Shown: positions 1-8,034 of the stretch, piece after piece
Layout: each line of letters begins with the position of its first letter
Position numbering within the stretch: position 1 is the stretch's first letter
NCBI GenBank assembly: GCA_900555495.1
Contig: USLD01000001.1
Location: 1 to 38,454, forward strand
From: an uncultured Slackia sp.
GTDB lineage: Bacteria; Actinomycetota; Coriobacteriia; Coriobacteriales; Eggerthellaceae
Direction: 5' to 3'
Length of the DNA stretch: 38,454 bases
The notes under the pieces: generated by a model
What the model saw: only the letters and a program-made list of their open reading frames with translations
Databases searched by the model: none
Told to the model about the DNA's origin: nothing
Position numbers and translations under genes: made by a program

Positions 1-552
1 CTTGCCTGCGCCTTCGCGGGCTTCGGTTGCTTTATGGTATTTTTCGCCATCGTTCTGGGGAATATGGCGCAAAAGCTCGGCACGGCGCCCCTCGAGACGT
101 ACGCGCGCGGCTTCCTCGTCCTGACCGGAGGCATCCTTCTTGGAGAAGCAATTGCGCAAGGAGCAAGCCTCCTCCCTTCGCAGGTCATGGATTACAGGGG
201 CGCCTTGTGCCTCATCGGCATGTTCGTCCTGCTGATTTCAGAATGGCAGTTCCTCGACGCAACGAAAATGGCCAGCGAGACAAGCGCCATGGGTGGTGCG
301 GACCCGGATGAAAACCAGTCTCAGGAGAACGCCTTCGATATCGGGAAATTCGCCGAGCAATACGGCCTTTCTCCTCGCGAGCAAGACGTACTCAATCTGC
401 TTATAAAAGGTCGATCGGTGCCTTTCATATGCGACGAACTCTTCCTTGCAAAAAGCACCGTAGCAACCCACGTAAAACACCTATACAAGAAAGTCGGCAT
501 TACCCAAGGACGCCAAGAGCTTCTCGACATCGTCGAACATTTCGAAAAATAG
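1..552 (+). CDS. Transmembrane LuxR-family transcriptional regulator (5' partial)
   Basis: The frame is open from base 1. Hydrophobic helices are followed by a C-terminal LuxR HTH (YGLSPREQDVLNLLIKGRSVPFICDELFLAKSTVATHVKHLYKKVG), the multi-TM LuxR architecture typical of Eggerthellaceae. Confidence 0.9.
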   Translation, partial: LACAFAGFGCFMVFFAIVLGNMAQKLGTAPLETYARGFLVLTGGILLGEAIAQGASLLPSQVMDYRGALCLIGMFVLLISEWQFLDATKMASETSAMGGADPDENQSQENAFDIGKFAEQYGLSPREQDVLNLLIKGRSVPFICDELFLAKSTVATHVKHLYKKVGITQGRQELLDIVEHFEK

Positions 553-629
553 AGCGCTGAGTCGGCACCGCACATTCGCACTGCCATCGCTGGGCCCATG
601 AAAATTACCGGTCTCTCCTTATCGCAGAC

Positions 630-879
630 TCCTTCAGACGCCCCGAAACCCTCAGCGGAAATCTTAGAGAGGCATCGCCGCCAATATGTGGACATGGTCC
701 GACATGAGGTGCCCCTCGATTATCTCGATGACCTTATACTCGCAGAGCCTCCTGAGAACCTCCCCTATGTCCCTCCTGATTTGCCCGCATATCGCTTTCC
801 GCCTATGCTTCGGCGTGAATACGATGTGGTATTTGCACATCCACTTCGTGTGCGAGAGGCTTTAGGCTTTCTGGACCAT
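630..879 (-). pseudogene. tnpA: IS200/IS605-family Y1 transposase TnpA, degraded
   Basis: Manual translation from ATG 879 gives MVQKA*SLSHTKWMCKYHIVFTPKHRRK...LCEYKVIEIIEGHLMSDHVHILAAMP, containing the HUH motif (HVH). There is a stop at codon 6 (862-864), a frameshift near 665 (the PKIS..F continuation lies in another frame), and the C-terminus is lost. Confidence 0.9.
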
Positions 880-990
880 AGCCGACCACCACCTTTTCAC
901 TCGGATTTTGACGGCCTGAACATCGTCAATATCCGACAGAAAGGTGGTTTTGTAAGGCAGATTGGCATCATCTGCAAAGCGGGTGGTTGT
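630..990 (-). mobile_element. IS200-like element remnant with left-end hairpins
   Basis: The tnpA remnant is preceded by a long imperfect hairpin at 888-948 (ACCACCTTT..TCGGAT.TTGACG / CGTCAA.ATCCGA..AAAGGTGGT) and a degenerate terminal hairpin ATCATCTGC-AAA-GCGGGTGGT at 967-987. Confidence 0.8.
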
Positions 991-1032
991 CTCGGCGCGG
1001 CTGCGCACGCGCCAGACTTAAGCCATTAACGC

Positions 1033-1064
1033 AAAAGCGGGCGAAGGGAAATCCTTCGCCCGCT
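1033..1064 (-). terminator. Intrinsic terminator of yhdT-panF
   Basis: GCGGGCGAAGG/CCTTCGCCCGC stem followed by a T-tract on the minus strand, just after the panF stop. Confidence 0.8.
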
Positions 1065-1094
1065 CGGGACTGTCGCACGCGAACGCGGTTCGCG

Positions 1095-2591
1095 CTATTT
1101 CTCCGGGAAGAACACCTGGAGCATCTTCTTGTCGCTCGGCTTGCCCAGATACGAACCGACCACCATGAGCACGAGCGCCACCGTGATGCCGATCACAATC
1201 TGATGCAGGCCGAACAGCTTGAAGCCGATCGCCATGGTGAAGCAATAGGTCAGCGTGCCGCCCACCATGGACGCGATCGCGCCCGTCTTGTTCGCACGCT
1301 TCCAGAACAGCGCACCCACGAACACCCAGCAGAACGCCGTTTCCAGGCCGCCGAACGCGAACATGTTGATCTTCCAGATCACGTCGGGCGGGGTGACGGC
1401 CAGCACGAACACGATGACGCCGATGCCGAACGTGGCGATCTGGCTGAAGCGCGAGACGTTTTTGTCCTGCACTTCGACGCCCTTCTCCTCGGCACGATGC
1501 AGCCACAGGTCCTTGATGATCGCGGAAGAGGATGCGATCAGCAGCGACGAAACCGTCGAAATGGACGCGGCGATGGGGCCGATGATCGCGATGCCCGCAA
1601 GCCACGGAGGCAGCGTCTGAGCGATGGCGATCGGGATGATGTTATCGACGCTTCCGCCGTATGCGGCGAGGTCTTCGGTCAGAACGCCCGCAGACAGCGT
1701 GCCCAAAGCAGTGACGCCGATCATCATGGCGCCGATGATGACGGTGCCCCAGATCATGGCCCTGTGCAGCGATTTGGTGTCCTTGTAGCCCATGCAGCGG
1801 ACGACCGACTGGGGCAGGCAGAACGTCAGCACGCCCACCAGCAGCCACTGCGTGAAGTACAGGCTCAGGGGCATGGCGCCGCCGGCGAAGGGTTCGAGCA
1901 GCTCGGGACGGTTGGCCTGGATGGTGTTCATCACGTTCTCGTAGCCGCCGCCCGCGCTAAAGATGCCGCCCGCCAGCACAGCGATGCCCACCAGCATGGC
2001 GATGCCGCACAGCGCGTCGGTCACAGCCACGCCGCGGAATCCGCCGACCGCCGTGAAGATAATCACAGCCGCGCCGAACAGGAACAGGCCAGTGACGTAG
2101 GAATAGCCCGTCACGGCCTCGAACAGCTTCGCGCCGCCGACGAACTGGGCCACCATAGTGGCGGCGAAAAACAGCACCAAGATGAACGCCGCGGCCACAG
2201 CCAGCGCATTGGACTGGTAGCGCTCGCGGATCACGTCGATGACCGTGACGGCGCCGAGCTTGCGCGACACGAGCGCCATCTTCTTGCCCATGATGCCGTA
2301 CAGCAAGAACAGCGTGACGACCTGCACCGTGGCCATGTAGACCCAGCCGAAGCCGACATTCCACGCCTGGCCGGGGCCGCCCACGAACGAGCTCACCGAG
2401 CCGTACGTGGCGATCGTGGTCATGGCAAGCACGAAGCCGCCCAGCGCACGGTCGCCGATGAAGTATTCCTTGACGAATCCGCCCGTCGAGGCGGCGCGCG
2501 ACCTCCTGCGCACCACGAGCGCGAGGCCCAAGGCCGCCAGCAAGAATACGAGCGCAGGCACCAAGCCCGCGAGTCCGATGGCATTAGTCAC
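1095..2591 (-). CDS. panF: Sodium/pantothenate symporter (SSS family)
   Basis: EYFIGDRALGGFVLAMTTIATYGSVSSFVGGPG is a PanF-type motif. About 13 TM helices. Lies directly downstream of yhdT. GTG start at 2591 overlaps the end of yhdT. Confidence 0.9.
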   Translation of the reverse strand: MTNAIGLAGLVPALVFLLAALGLALVVRRRSRAASTGGFVKEYFIGDRALGGFVLAMTTIATYGSVSSFVGGPGQAWNVGFGWVYMATVQVVTLFLLYGIMGKKMALVSRKLGAVTVIDVIRERYQSNALAVAAAFILVLFFAATMVAQFVGGAKLFEAVTGYSYVTGLFLFGAAVIIFTAVGGFRGVAVTDALCGIAMLVGIAVLAGGIFSAGGGYENVMNTIQANRPELLEPFAGGAMPLSLYFTQWLLVGVLTFCLPQSVVRCMGYKDTKSLHRAMIWGTVIIGAMMIGVTALGTLSAGVLTEDLAAYGGSVDNIIPIAIAQTLPPWLAGIAIIGPIAASISTVSSLLIASSSAIIKDLWLHRAEEKGVEVQDKNVSRFSQIATFGIGVIVFVLAVTPPDVIWKINMFAFGGLETAFCWVFVGALFWKRANKTGAIASMVGGTLTYCFTMAIGFKLFGLHQIVIGITVALVLMVVGSYLGKPSDKKMLQVFFPEK

Positions 2592-2868
2592 GGTCGGCAC
2601 CCTCTTCCTCATCATCCAGATCGAAATCGGCGAAGACGCGCTTTGCCAGGAACACCGCTACAGCGACGGCGAACAGCCACGTTCCTACCGTGCCGCCGAT
2701 GATCCACACGGGCGTGCCGAACACCTTCACATCGAGGCCCGCAAGGCCGAAGCCCGCAACGGCCCAAACCACAATGCAGAGCACGAGCGAGACCACCGTG
2801 GCCTTCGCTTCTTTGTTCGCCTGAAGCATCTTCTGGCGATAGGTCAATCCGTCTTTCGACGACTCCAT
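2584..2868 (-). CDS. yhdT: YhdT family (DUF997) small membrane protein
   Basis: QANKEA motif, two TM helices, F.D..LD C-terminus, and the known yhdT-panF gene order. RBS AAGGGAG precedes ATG 2868. Confidence 0.85.
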   Translation of the reverse strand: MESSKDGLTYRQKMLQANKEAKATVVSLVLCIVVWAVAGFGLAGLDVKVFGTPVWIIGGTVGTWLFAVAVAVFLAKRVFADFDLDDEEEGADRD

Positions 2869-3061
2869 GACCGCTCCCTTCATTTCCTACAAACGATCGC
2901 TTCGTCTGCGACGCCGAGCCGTGAAATCCCCTTCGTCGCGACCGCCGATAATGCGGCACAGAAATTGTATCGGCGCGGCCTTCCTCCTACGACGTCGTAT
3001 GATTTCGGAAGGACATATTCGCCATTCTGCCCATGTATGCGCAATTTACCTGGGGAAATGA

Positions 3062-3111
3062 TTGCATCTTCTGTACAAAGCTTTTATATTTATGCGGGGT
3101 ATTGCGGGGTA
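3062..3111 (+). promoter_or_regulatory. Sigma70-type promoter with tandem direct repeat over the transcription start
   Basis: TTGCAT (3062-3067), 17-nt spacer, TATATT (3085-3090). TGCGGGGTA is repeated at 3093-3101 and 3103-3111. Confidence 0.6.
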
Positions 3112-3199
3112 CTAATCTCGCGAAACTTCCTCGCCGCACAAAAGCACGGAAGGCAGACCGTCCCGAAGCGGCCCGTATTACGCCGAAGAAAGGCCCGTC

Positions 3200-4831
3200 A
3201 TGCACCTGAAGAAAACGAAGCGCAACGGCCGCATCTATCTTTCAATCGTCCAGAATTACCGCGAAGACGGCACCACCAAAACGCGCACGATCGAAACCAT
3301 CGGATACGCCGACGCTTACGTCGGGCAATACGCCGACCCCATCGCCCATTTCGAGGAGCGCGTGGCCGCCATGAACGAAGAGCGGCGCTCGCAGCGCGCG
3401 GCGATCGAATTCGCATTTCCGCCCGACTGCACCATCGACGCCAACCGCACGGAATCGGCCCGCTGGGGCGTGGCGATCGCGCTGGCCTACCTTGACGCGC
3501 TGGAAGCGAAACGCGCCATAGGCCCCACCGAACGCGATGCTCGACGTGTGAAGGCGGTCGAAGATGCGTGCGGCGAACAGGCCAAGCCATCGCGCACCGA
3601 CGCGTTCACGGCGCGGCGCGCGTTCGAGATCTTCACCGTCGAACGAGTGTTGCACGCCTCGCCTAAGCACGAAACCTGGGAGCGGCGCGAATCGTTTCCG
3701 CGCCCGTGCGATTTCGCGATCGACGAGGCCTACCGCGTACTGCCCGTGATCGCCCACGCCGACGAGCGCATCGCACGCTCGATGCGGGCCGCCTACGAGC
3801 GCATCAGGCCGCAGCACGCGCACCTTGCATGCGCTCATGTAGTCTTGGGGGCCTTCGCCTTCGACGACACCGACGACGTCGATTCGGCGGGCGCGGGCGA
3901 TGTCGAGGGCCGCATGGCCGTCTGCCTGGCCATGGTGCTCGACGAAGACGGCATGCCCGCAGGCTATCGGCTCATCGAGGCCGACCCCGACGAACACGCC
4001 GTGCGCCGCCTGGCCGACGACATCAAGAAGAACATGGGCGCCCGGCGCGTGGTCATGGTGGCGGGACGCCTGTCCCGCGCGGAGGCGATCATGAAAATGC
4101 TCGGCGCGCAAGGCGACGGCTTCATCATGCACCGCCCCCTCGAAACCGCCGTCGGCAACATGCGGCATTGGATCGTGGACGACCAGGGCTACACCACCAG
4201 CCGCTCGGGCAACTACCGCATCAAATCGCGTGTGCGCACCGCCACGGTGCAACCCGTCGACGCGCCCGACGAAAGCCCCCAGGCCGCCAAGCGCGTCCGC
4301 GTGCGCGACATCGTGTTCTGGGGCCGCGATTACGCCCTGCGACGCCAAGGCGGGCGCGGCGACGCCGAAAGCGGCGCCCTGGACGGCTACGCGTGCATCG
4401 TGACCAGCGAACTGGACCTGAAGGCACCCGAAGTATTCCACCTATACCGAGAACTGTGGCGTCTTGCCGAGCCGTTCCAGGTTCTCGAATCCGACTTCTC
4501 GCCTTCGCCGTATCCCACGCCGCGCGACGAGCATATGCGCGCCCATTTCGTAATCTGCTACGCGGCGTTTTTCGCCATGCGTCTGATGCGAAGCGACCTG
4601 CACTGGCGCTTCAACGCGGCCCAGGTGGCCGACGCGCTCATCCGCATGGAAGGCGGTCATTTGGCGGAAAACTGGTTCCTGTTCGGCTATCGCAGCCCCG
4701 TGAGCGATGCGATCGAGCAGGCCGCGGGAGTCGATGCGGCCCGGCGCCTGCGCACGCGCCAAGATATCCGCGAAGGAATAGCCCGGGCACGCCGCCATAT
4801 CAGGCGCGAACAGACCGGCTCCGGCATGTGA
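3200..4831 (+). CDS. IS1634-family transposase-derived protein, apparently catalytically inactive
   Basis: Colinear with IS1634 transposases: N-terminus GRIYLSIVQNYR..KT.TIETIGY, DEDGMP..Y, IVFW, LDGY..IVTSELD, LYRELWR, EH.RAHFVICY. The expected DDE positions are substituted. Confidence 0.8.
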   Translation: MHLKKTKRNGRIYLSIVQNYREDGTTKTRTIETIGYADAYVGQYADPIAHFEERVAAMNEERRSQRAAIEFAFPPDCTIDANRTESARWGVAIALAYLDALEAKRAIGPTERDARRVKAVEDACGEQAKPSRTDAFTARRAFEIFTVERVLHASPKHETWERRESFPRPCDFAIDEAYRVLPVIAHADERIARSMRAAYERIRPQHAHLACAHVVLGAFAFDDTDDVDSAGAGDVEGRMAVCLAMVLDEDGMPAGYRLIEADPDEHAVRRLADDIKKNMGARRVVMVAGRLSRAEAIMKMLGAQGDGFIMHRPLETAVGNMRHWIVDDQGYTTSRSGNYRIKSRVRTATVQPVDAPDESPQAAKRVRVRDIVFWGRDYALRRQGGRGDAESGALDGYACIVTSELDLKAPEVFHLYRELWRLAEPFQVLESDFSPSPYPTPRDEHMRAHFVICYAAFFAMRLMRSDLHWRFNAAQVADALIRMEGGHLAENWFLFGYRSPVSDAIEQAAGVDAARRLRTRQDIREGIARARRHIRREQTGSGM

Positions 4832-4843
4832 TTCGCGGCATGC

Positions 4844-4872
4844 AAAAAACCGCGCCCGAAGGGCGCGGCTTT
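4844..4872. terminator. Bidirectional intrinsic terminator
   Basis: A6-CCGCGCCC-GAA-GGGCGCGG-CTTT, located between convergent genes. Confidence 0.75.
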
Positions 4873-4899
4873 GCTATTCATCGTATGGGGCGTAAAGAC

Positions 4900-5613
4900 C
4901 TAGAGTCCCAGCGCCTTTTTCAGGGAAGACACGCGGCGGCGGGAAACCGGGATCTTGTCTTCCACGCCGTTCAGGGTGAGCAGCAGGGTGCCGCCTGCCA
5001 CGGGCTCGACTTCCTCGACCATGGCCAGATTGACCAGGTATCCGCGATGCACACGGAAGAATCCGTGGCCGTCCAGGCGTTTCTCGAGCTGAGCCAGCGA
5101 AACCGTGGAGAAGTAGCGGTCGGAATCGGTCTGGAGGTAGGCGTAATCGTCGCGAGCCATGACGTAGCGGATGCTGTCGATCGCGATGAGGATCTTCTTG
5201 CCGCCCTTTTCGACGGGAATGCGCTCGGACTGAGTAGCCTTCACGTGCAGGGTGACGTGCTCGGTGGCACGGTTCACGGCCTGATGCAGACGATCGATTT
5301 CAACGGGCTTGACCAGATAATCGACCGCATTGACCTTGAAGCCCTCGAGCGCATGCTCGCTGTAAGCGGTAACGAAAATAACCGCCGGCGGATTCTTCAG
5401 GCGCTGCAGGGCCTCGGCGAACTGAATGCCCGTTACCTCGGGCATGCTCACATCCAGGAACAGCACGTCCACCGGATAGCTCTGCATTTTCTCGATGGCC
5501 TCGCGCACGCTTGCCGCCTCGGCCAAAACCTCGACACCGCCGACTTCGCCGAGCAGATAGCGAAGCTCGGAACGCGCAGGCGCTTCGTCGTCTACGATAA
5601 TTGCGTTAAGCAA
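4900..5613 (-). CDS. LytTR-family response regulator (LytT/YehT-like)
   Basis: REC domain (IVDDE, FLDVSMP, FVTAY, YLVKP) plus LytTR domain (FFRVHRGYLVN, IPVSRRR). TTG start at 5613 follows GGAGG. Confidence 0.93.
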   Translation of the reverse strand: MLNAIIVDDEAPARSELRYLLGEVGGVEVLAEAASVREAIEKMQSYPVDVLFLDVSMPEVTGIQFAEALQRLKNPPAVIFVTAYSEHALEGFKVNAVDYLVKPVEIDRLHQAVNRATEHVTLHVKATQSERIPVEKGGKKILIAIDSIRYVMARDDYAYLQTDSDRYFSTVSLAQLEKRLDGHGFFRVHRGYLVNLAMVEEVEPVAGGTLLLTLNGVEDKIPVSRRRVSSLKKALGL

Positions 5614-5766
5614 AACGTCCTCCATCACCCTTGGCGAATGCATCGACCCGCCTCAAACCGTTCTTGCATATTAGCCGAAATATGCAGCCCCGTGAAGAAG
5701 TTCGGATGGAATGGGACAGGATGGGCATCATTCTCCTTATATCGACAGAGAATCGCCTCGGAATAA

Positions 5767-5818
5767 GCCGTTCGCCGACAATAATATGCCGTTTGCTTCA
5801 GTGCGCATACCGTCCGCC
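5767..5818. promoter_or_regulatory. Three LytTR-type direct repeats at a 21-bp period
   Basis: CCGTTCGC (5768), CCGTTTGC (5789) and CCGTCCGC (5810), upstream of the LytTR gene. Confidence 0.65.
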
Positions 5819-5865
5819 GGAAGCCGGACACGCGCATACCGGGCGCCGTCCACCGCCCATCCGGC

Positions 5866-7164
5866 CTATTCGTCGAGCAAGGCGTCCTTGAGATACATCT
5901 TCACGCACGTGCCGTTGCCGGGGGTGGAATCGACCTGCATGCGCGATTCGGTGCCGTAGTAGCCGGTCAAGCGCTCGCTGATATTCTTCATGGCGATGCC
6001 CAAACCCTTCGAGGCGGACGGGCTGAGAAGCTTGCGCTGCTGCTCGGCATCCATGCCGATGCCGTTATCGGACACGGAGATATACACGTCGTCGCCTTCG
6101 CTGTACGCCTCCACGGCGATGCGCAGCTGGCCCTCCTGCGGCATGGCGTGGCGCACGGCGTTTTCCACAAGGGGCTGAACCATGAACGCAGGCACCATGA
6201 GGTCTTCCAGGCCCGGCTCCACATCGACGTCCATGACCAGGCGGTCTTCGCCGAAACGTGCCACCTCGAACGTGAAGTAGCGCATGGTCTGGTCGATTTC
6301 CTTCATCAATTCCACCAAGTCGTCGGAGCTTTCAAGCGTACGACGATAGAAAATCGCGAACTCGCGCAGCAGCATGCGGGCACGGTCGGGGTCGGTGCGC
6401 ACGAGAGACGCGATGGTGTTGATCGTGTTGAACAGGAAGTGCGGGTTGATCTGGGACTGCAGCGCCTTGAGCTCCATCGTGGTGGCCAGCTTGGTCTGCT
6501 GTTCGAGCTCGACGGCGGCGATCTGGGTGGACATGAGCTCGCCCAGGCCTTCGGCCAGCGCAAGCTGCGTCTCGGTGATGTCGTTGGCGTGGCGGTAGTA
6601 GAACTTCAGCGTGCCGATGATGGCATCGCCGCGGCGCAACGGCACGATGATGCCGGCGCGCAGGTTCTTGGCTTTCGTGGGAAAACCGATTTCTTCGGGC
6701 GTATGCAGCGCACGGATGCGTCCGTCTTCGATCGTGGCATGCGTGGCCTTCGTGCGAATGGGAGTGCCGGGCGTGCTGGGCGCTTCTTCCAGACCGACGT
6801 ATCCCAGGATGTATTCCCTGTCGGTGATAGCAACCGCCTGCGCGCCCGTGGCGGGAAGCAGCAAGCGGCACACCTTCTGCGCCGTTTCCACGTTAAGGCC
6901 TTCCTGGAAGCACGCCAACGTTTCGCGGGCGATCTTCAGGATGGTGTCCGACTGGCGCGCACGTACCGAATCGGGATTGAGGTGCAGATAGATCAGCAGC
7001 GCAAGCGACACGGTGAACGAAACGCCCGCGATCACGTTCAGGTTGCCGAACATCGACGGGCGGCAGACGCCCATGACGAGCACCGCGGCGGCAAGCGTAG
7101 CGACGGTGAACAAAACCAGGTCGATCAGCTTCGCGTAGTTCGCCTTTATGTTGTTGATGGTCAC
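5866..7164 (-). CDS. LytS/YehU-type sensor histidine kinase
   Basis: Two N-terminal TM helices, a GAF-like region, ELKALQSQINPHFLFNTIN, QPLVENAVRH, DNGIG and GLGIAM. RBS AAGGAG precedes the GTG start. Confidence 0.93.
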   Translation of the reverse strand: MTINNIKANYAKLIDLVLFTVATLAAAVLVMGVCRPSMFGNLNVIAGVSFTVSLALLIYLHLNPDSVRARQSDTILKIARETLACFQEGLNVETAQKVCRLLLPATGAQAVAITDREYILGYVGLEEAPSTPGTPIRTKATHATIEDGRIRALHTPEEIGFPTKAKNLRAGIIVPLRRGDAIIGTLKFYYRHANDITETQLALAEGLGELMSTQIAAVELEQQTKLATTMELKALQSQINPHFLFNTINTIASLVRTDPDRARMLLREFAIFYRRTLESSDDLVELMKEIDQTMRYFTFEVARFGEDRLVMDVDVEPGLEDLMVPAFMVQPLVENAVRHAMPQEGQLRIAVEAYSEGDDVYISVSDNGIGMDAEQQRKLLSPSASKGLGIAMKNISERLTGYYGTESRMQVDSTPGNGTCVKMYLKDALLDE

Positions 7165-7176
7165 GAAAACTTCTCC

Positions 7177-8031
7177 TTATCCGATGATCCCAAGTTCGTT
7201 TACCGTCAGCACGACGGCGACGACCAGCAGAAATGCTGCGAATGCGAAGCGAAGGGCACGCTCGGGGACGCGCTTGACCAATCCCGCTCCCAAAATGGCG
7301 CCGGGAATGGAACCTGCCGCCGTCGCAATGCCCACAAGATAGTCGATGTTGCCCAGGATTCCCTGCTCCACCGCGCCGGGAATCGCCAGAATGCACACAG
7401 CCAGCAGCGAAGTGCCGGACGCGAGGCGCATGGGCACGCCGAGCAGCGCCATGAAGAGCGGAACCATGATGAAGCCGCCGCCCACGCCCACGTAGCCGCT
7501 CAAGAAGCCTGCCACGATGCCGATCGCCGCCACCTTCGCCACGAAGGCCGGCTTCAGGGCGAAACGCACATCGGATGCATCGACGTCGGGCGCCTTGGAC
7601 CCGGCGCCTGAAGCCGGCTTCGAAGAAGCGGAAGCGCCCGCGTCGCCTTCGGCCTTGGCCTTGGGCGCGGCGAGCGCTTTCTTGAACATGGTGTACGCCG
7701 AATAGGCGATGACGAGCGCCGCAGCGCCCATCACCATCCATGCGGGCGACGCGGCGGCGGCGAGCACGCCGATCGGCGAGAGCACCGCTCCCGCCAAGCC
7801 GCATATCACGCCGACGCGGATCACGCACGTCTTGTTGCGCGCGTGTTTGGTCATGCCCGAAAGCGACGTGGGAATGATCGTGAACAGCGACGTGGCCGTA
7901 GCGGCGATGGGGTCGAGCCCGAACACCAGCCTGAACAGCGGCACCATGACCACGCCGCCCCCGATTCCCAGCAGACCCGACAGCACGCCGACCAGCACGC
8001 CCGCGAGAGCCGCGACGATGAACATCTCCAT
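7177..8031 (-). CDS. TauE/SafE family (sulfite exporter-like) membrane protein
   Basis: Duplicated SG..G.GGG...VP motif with ATATSL / ASGTSL, about 8 TM helices. Confidence 0.9.
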   Translation of the reverse strand: MEMFIVAALAGVLVGVLSGLLGIGGGVVMVPLFRLVFGLDPIAATATSLFTIIPTSLSGMTKHARNKTCVIRVGVICGLAGAVLSPIGVLAAAASPAWMVMGAAALVIAYSAYTMFKKALAAPKAKAEGDAGASASSKPASGAGSKAPDVDASDVRFALKPAFVAKVAAIGIVAGFLSGYVGVGGGFIMVPLFMALLGVPMRLASGTSLLAVCILAIPGAVEQGILGNIDYLVGIATAAGSIPGAILGAGLVKRVPERALRFAFAAFLLVVAVVLTVNELGIIG

Positions 8032-8034
8032 GCG

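Noticed and set aside
598..1029. 143-aa plus-strand ORF
   Set aside because: It is the reverse-strand shadow of the tnpA pseudogene.
987..2702. 571-aa plus-strand ORF
   Set aside because: Antisense shadow of panF caused by high-GC codon bias; Arg/His/Gln-rich with no recognisable domain.
3120..4843. Active IS1634 element
   Set aside because: No terminal inverted repeats or target duplication found by eye, and the catalytic residues appear absent.
3706..5766. 686-aa plus-strand ORF
   Set aside because: Off-frame over the transposase-like gene and antisense to the LytTR gene; it also runs through a terminator.
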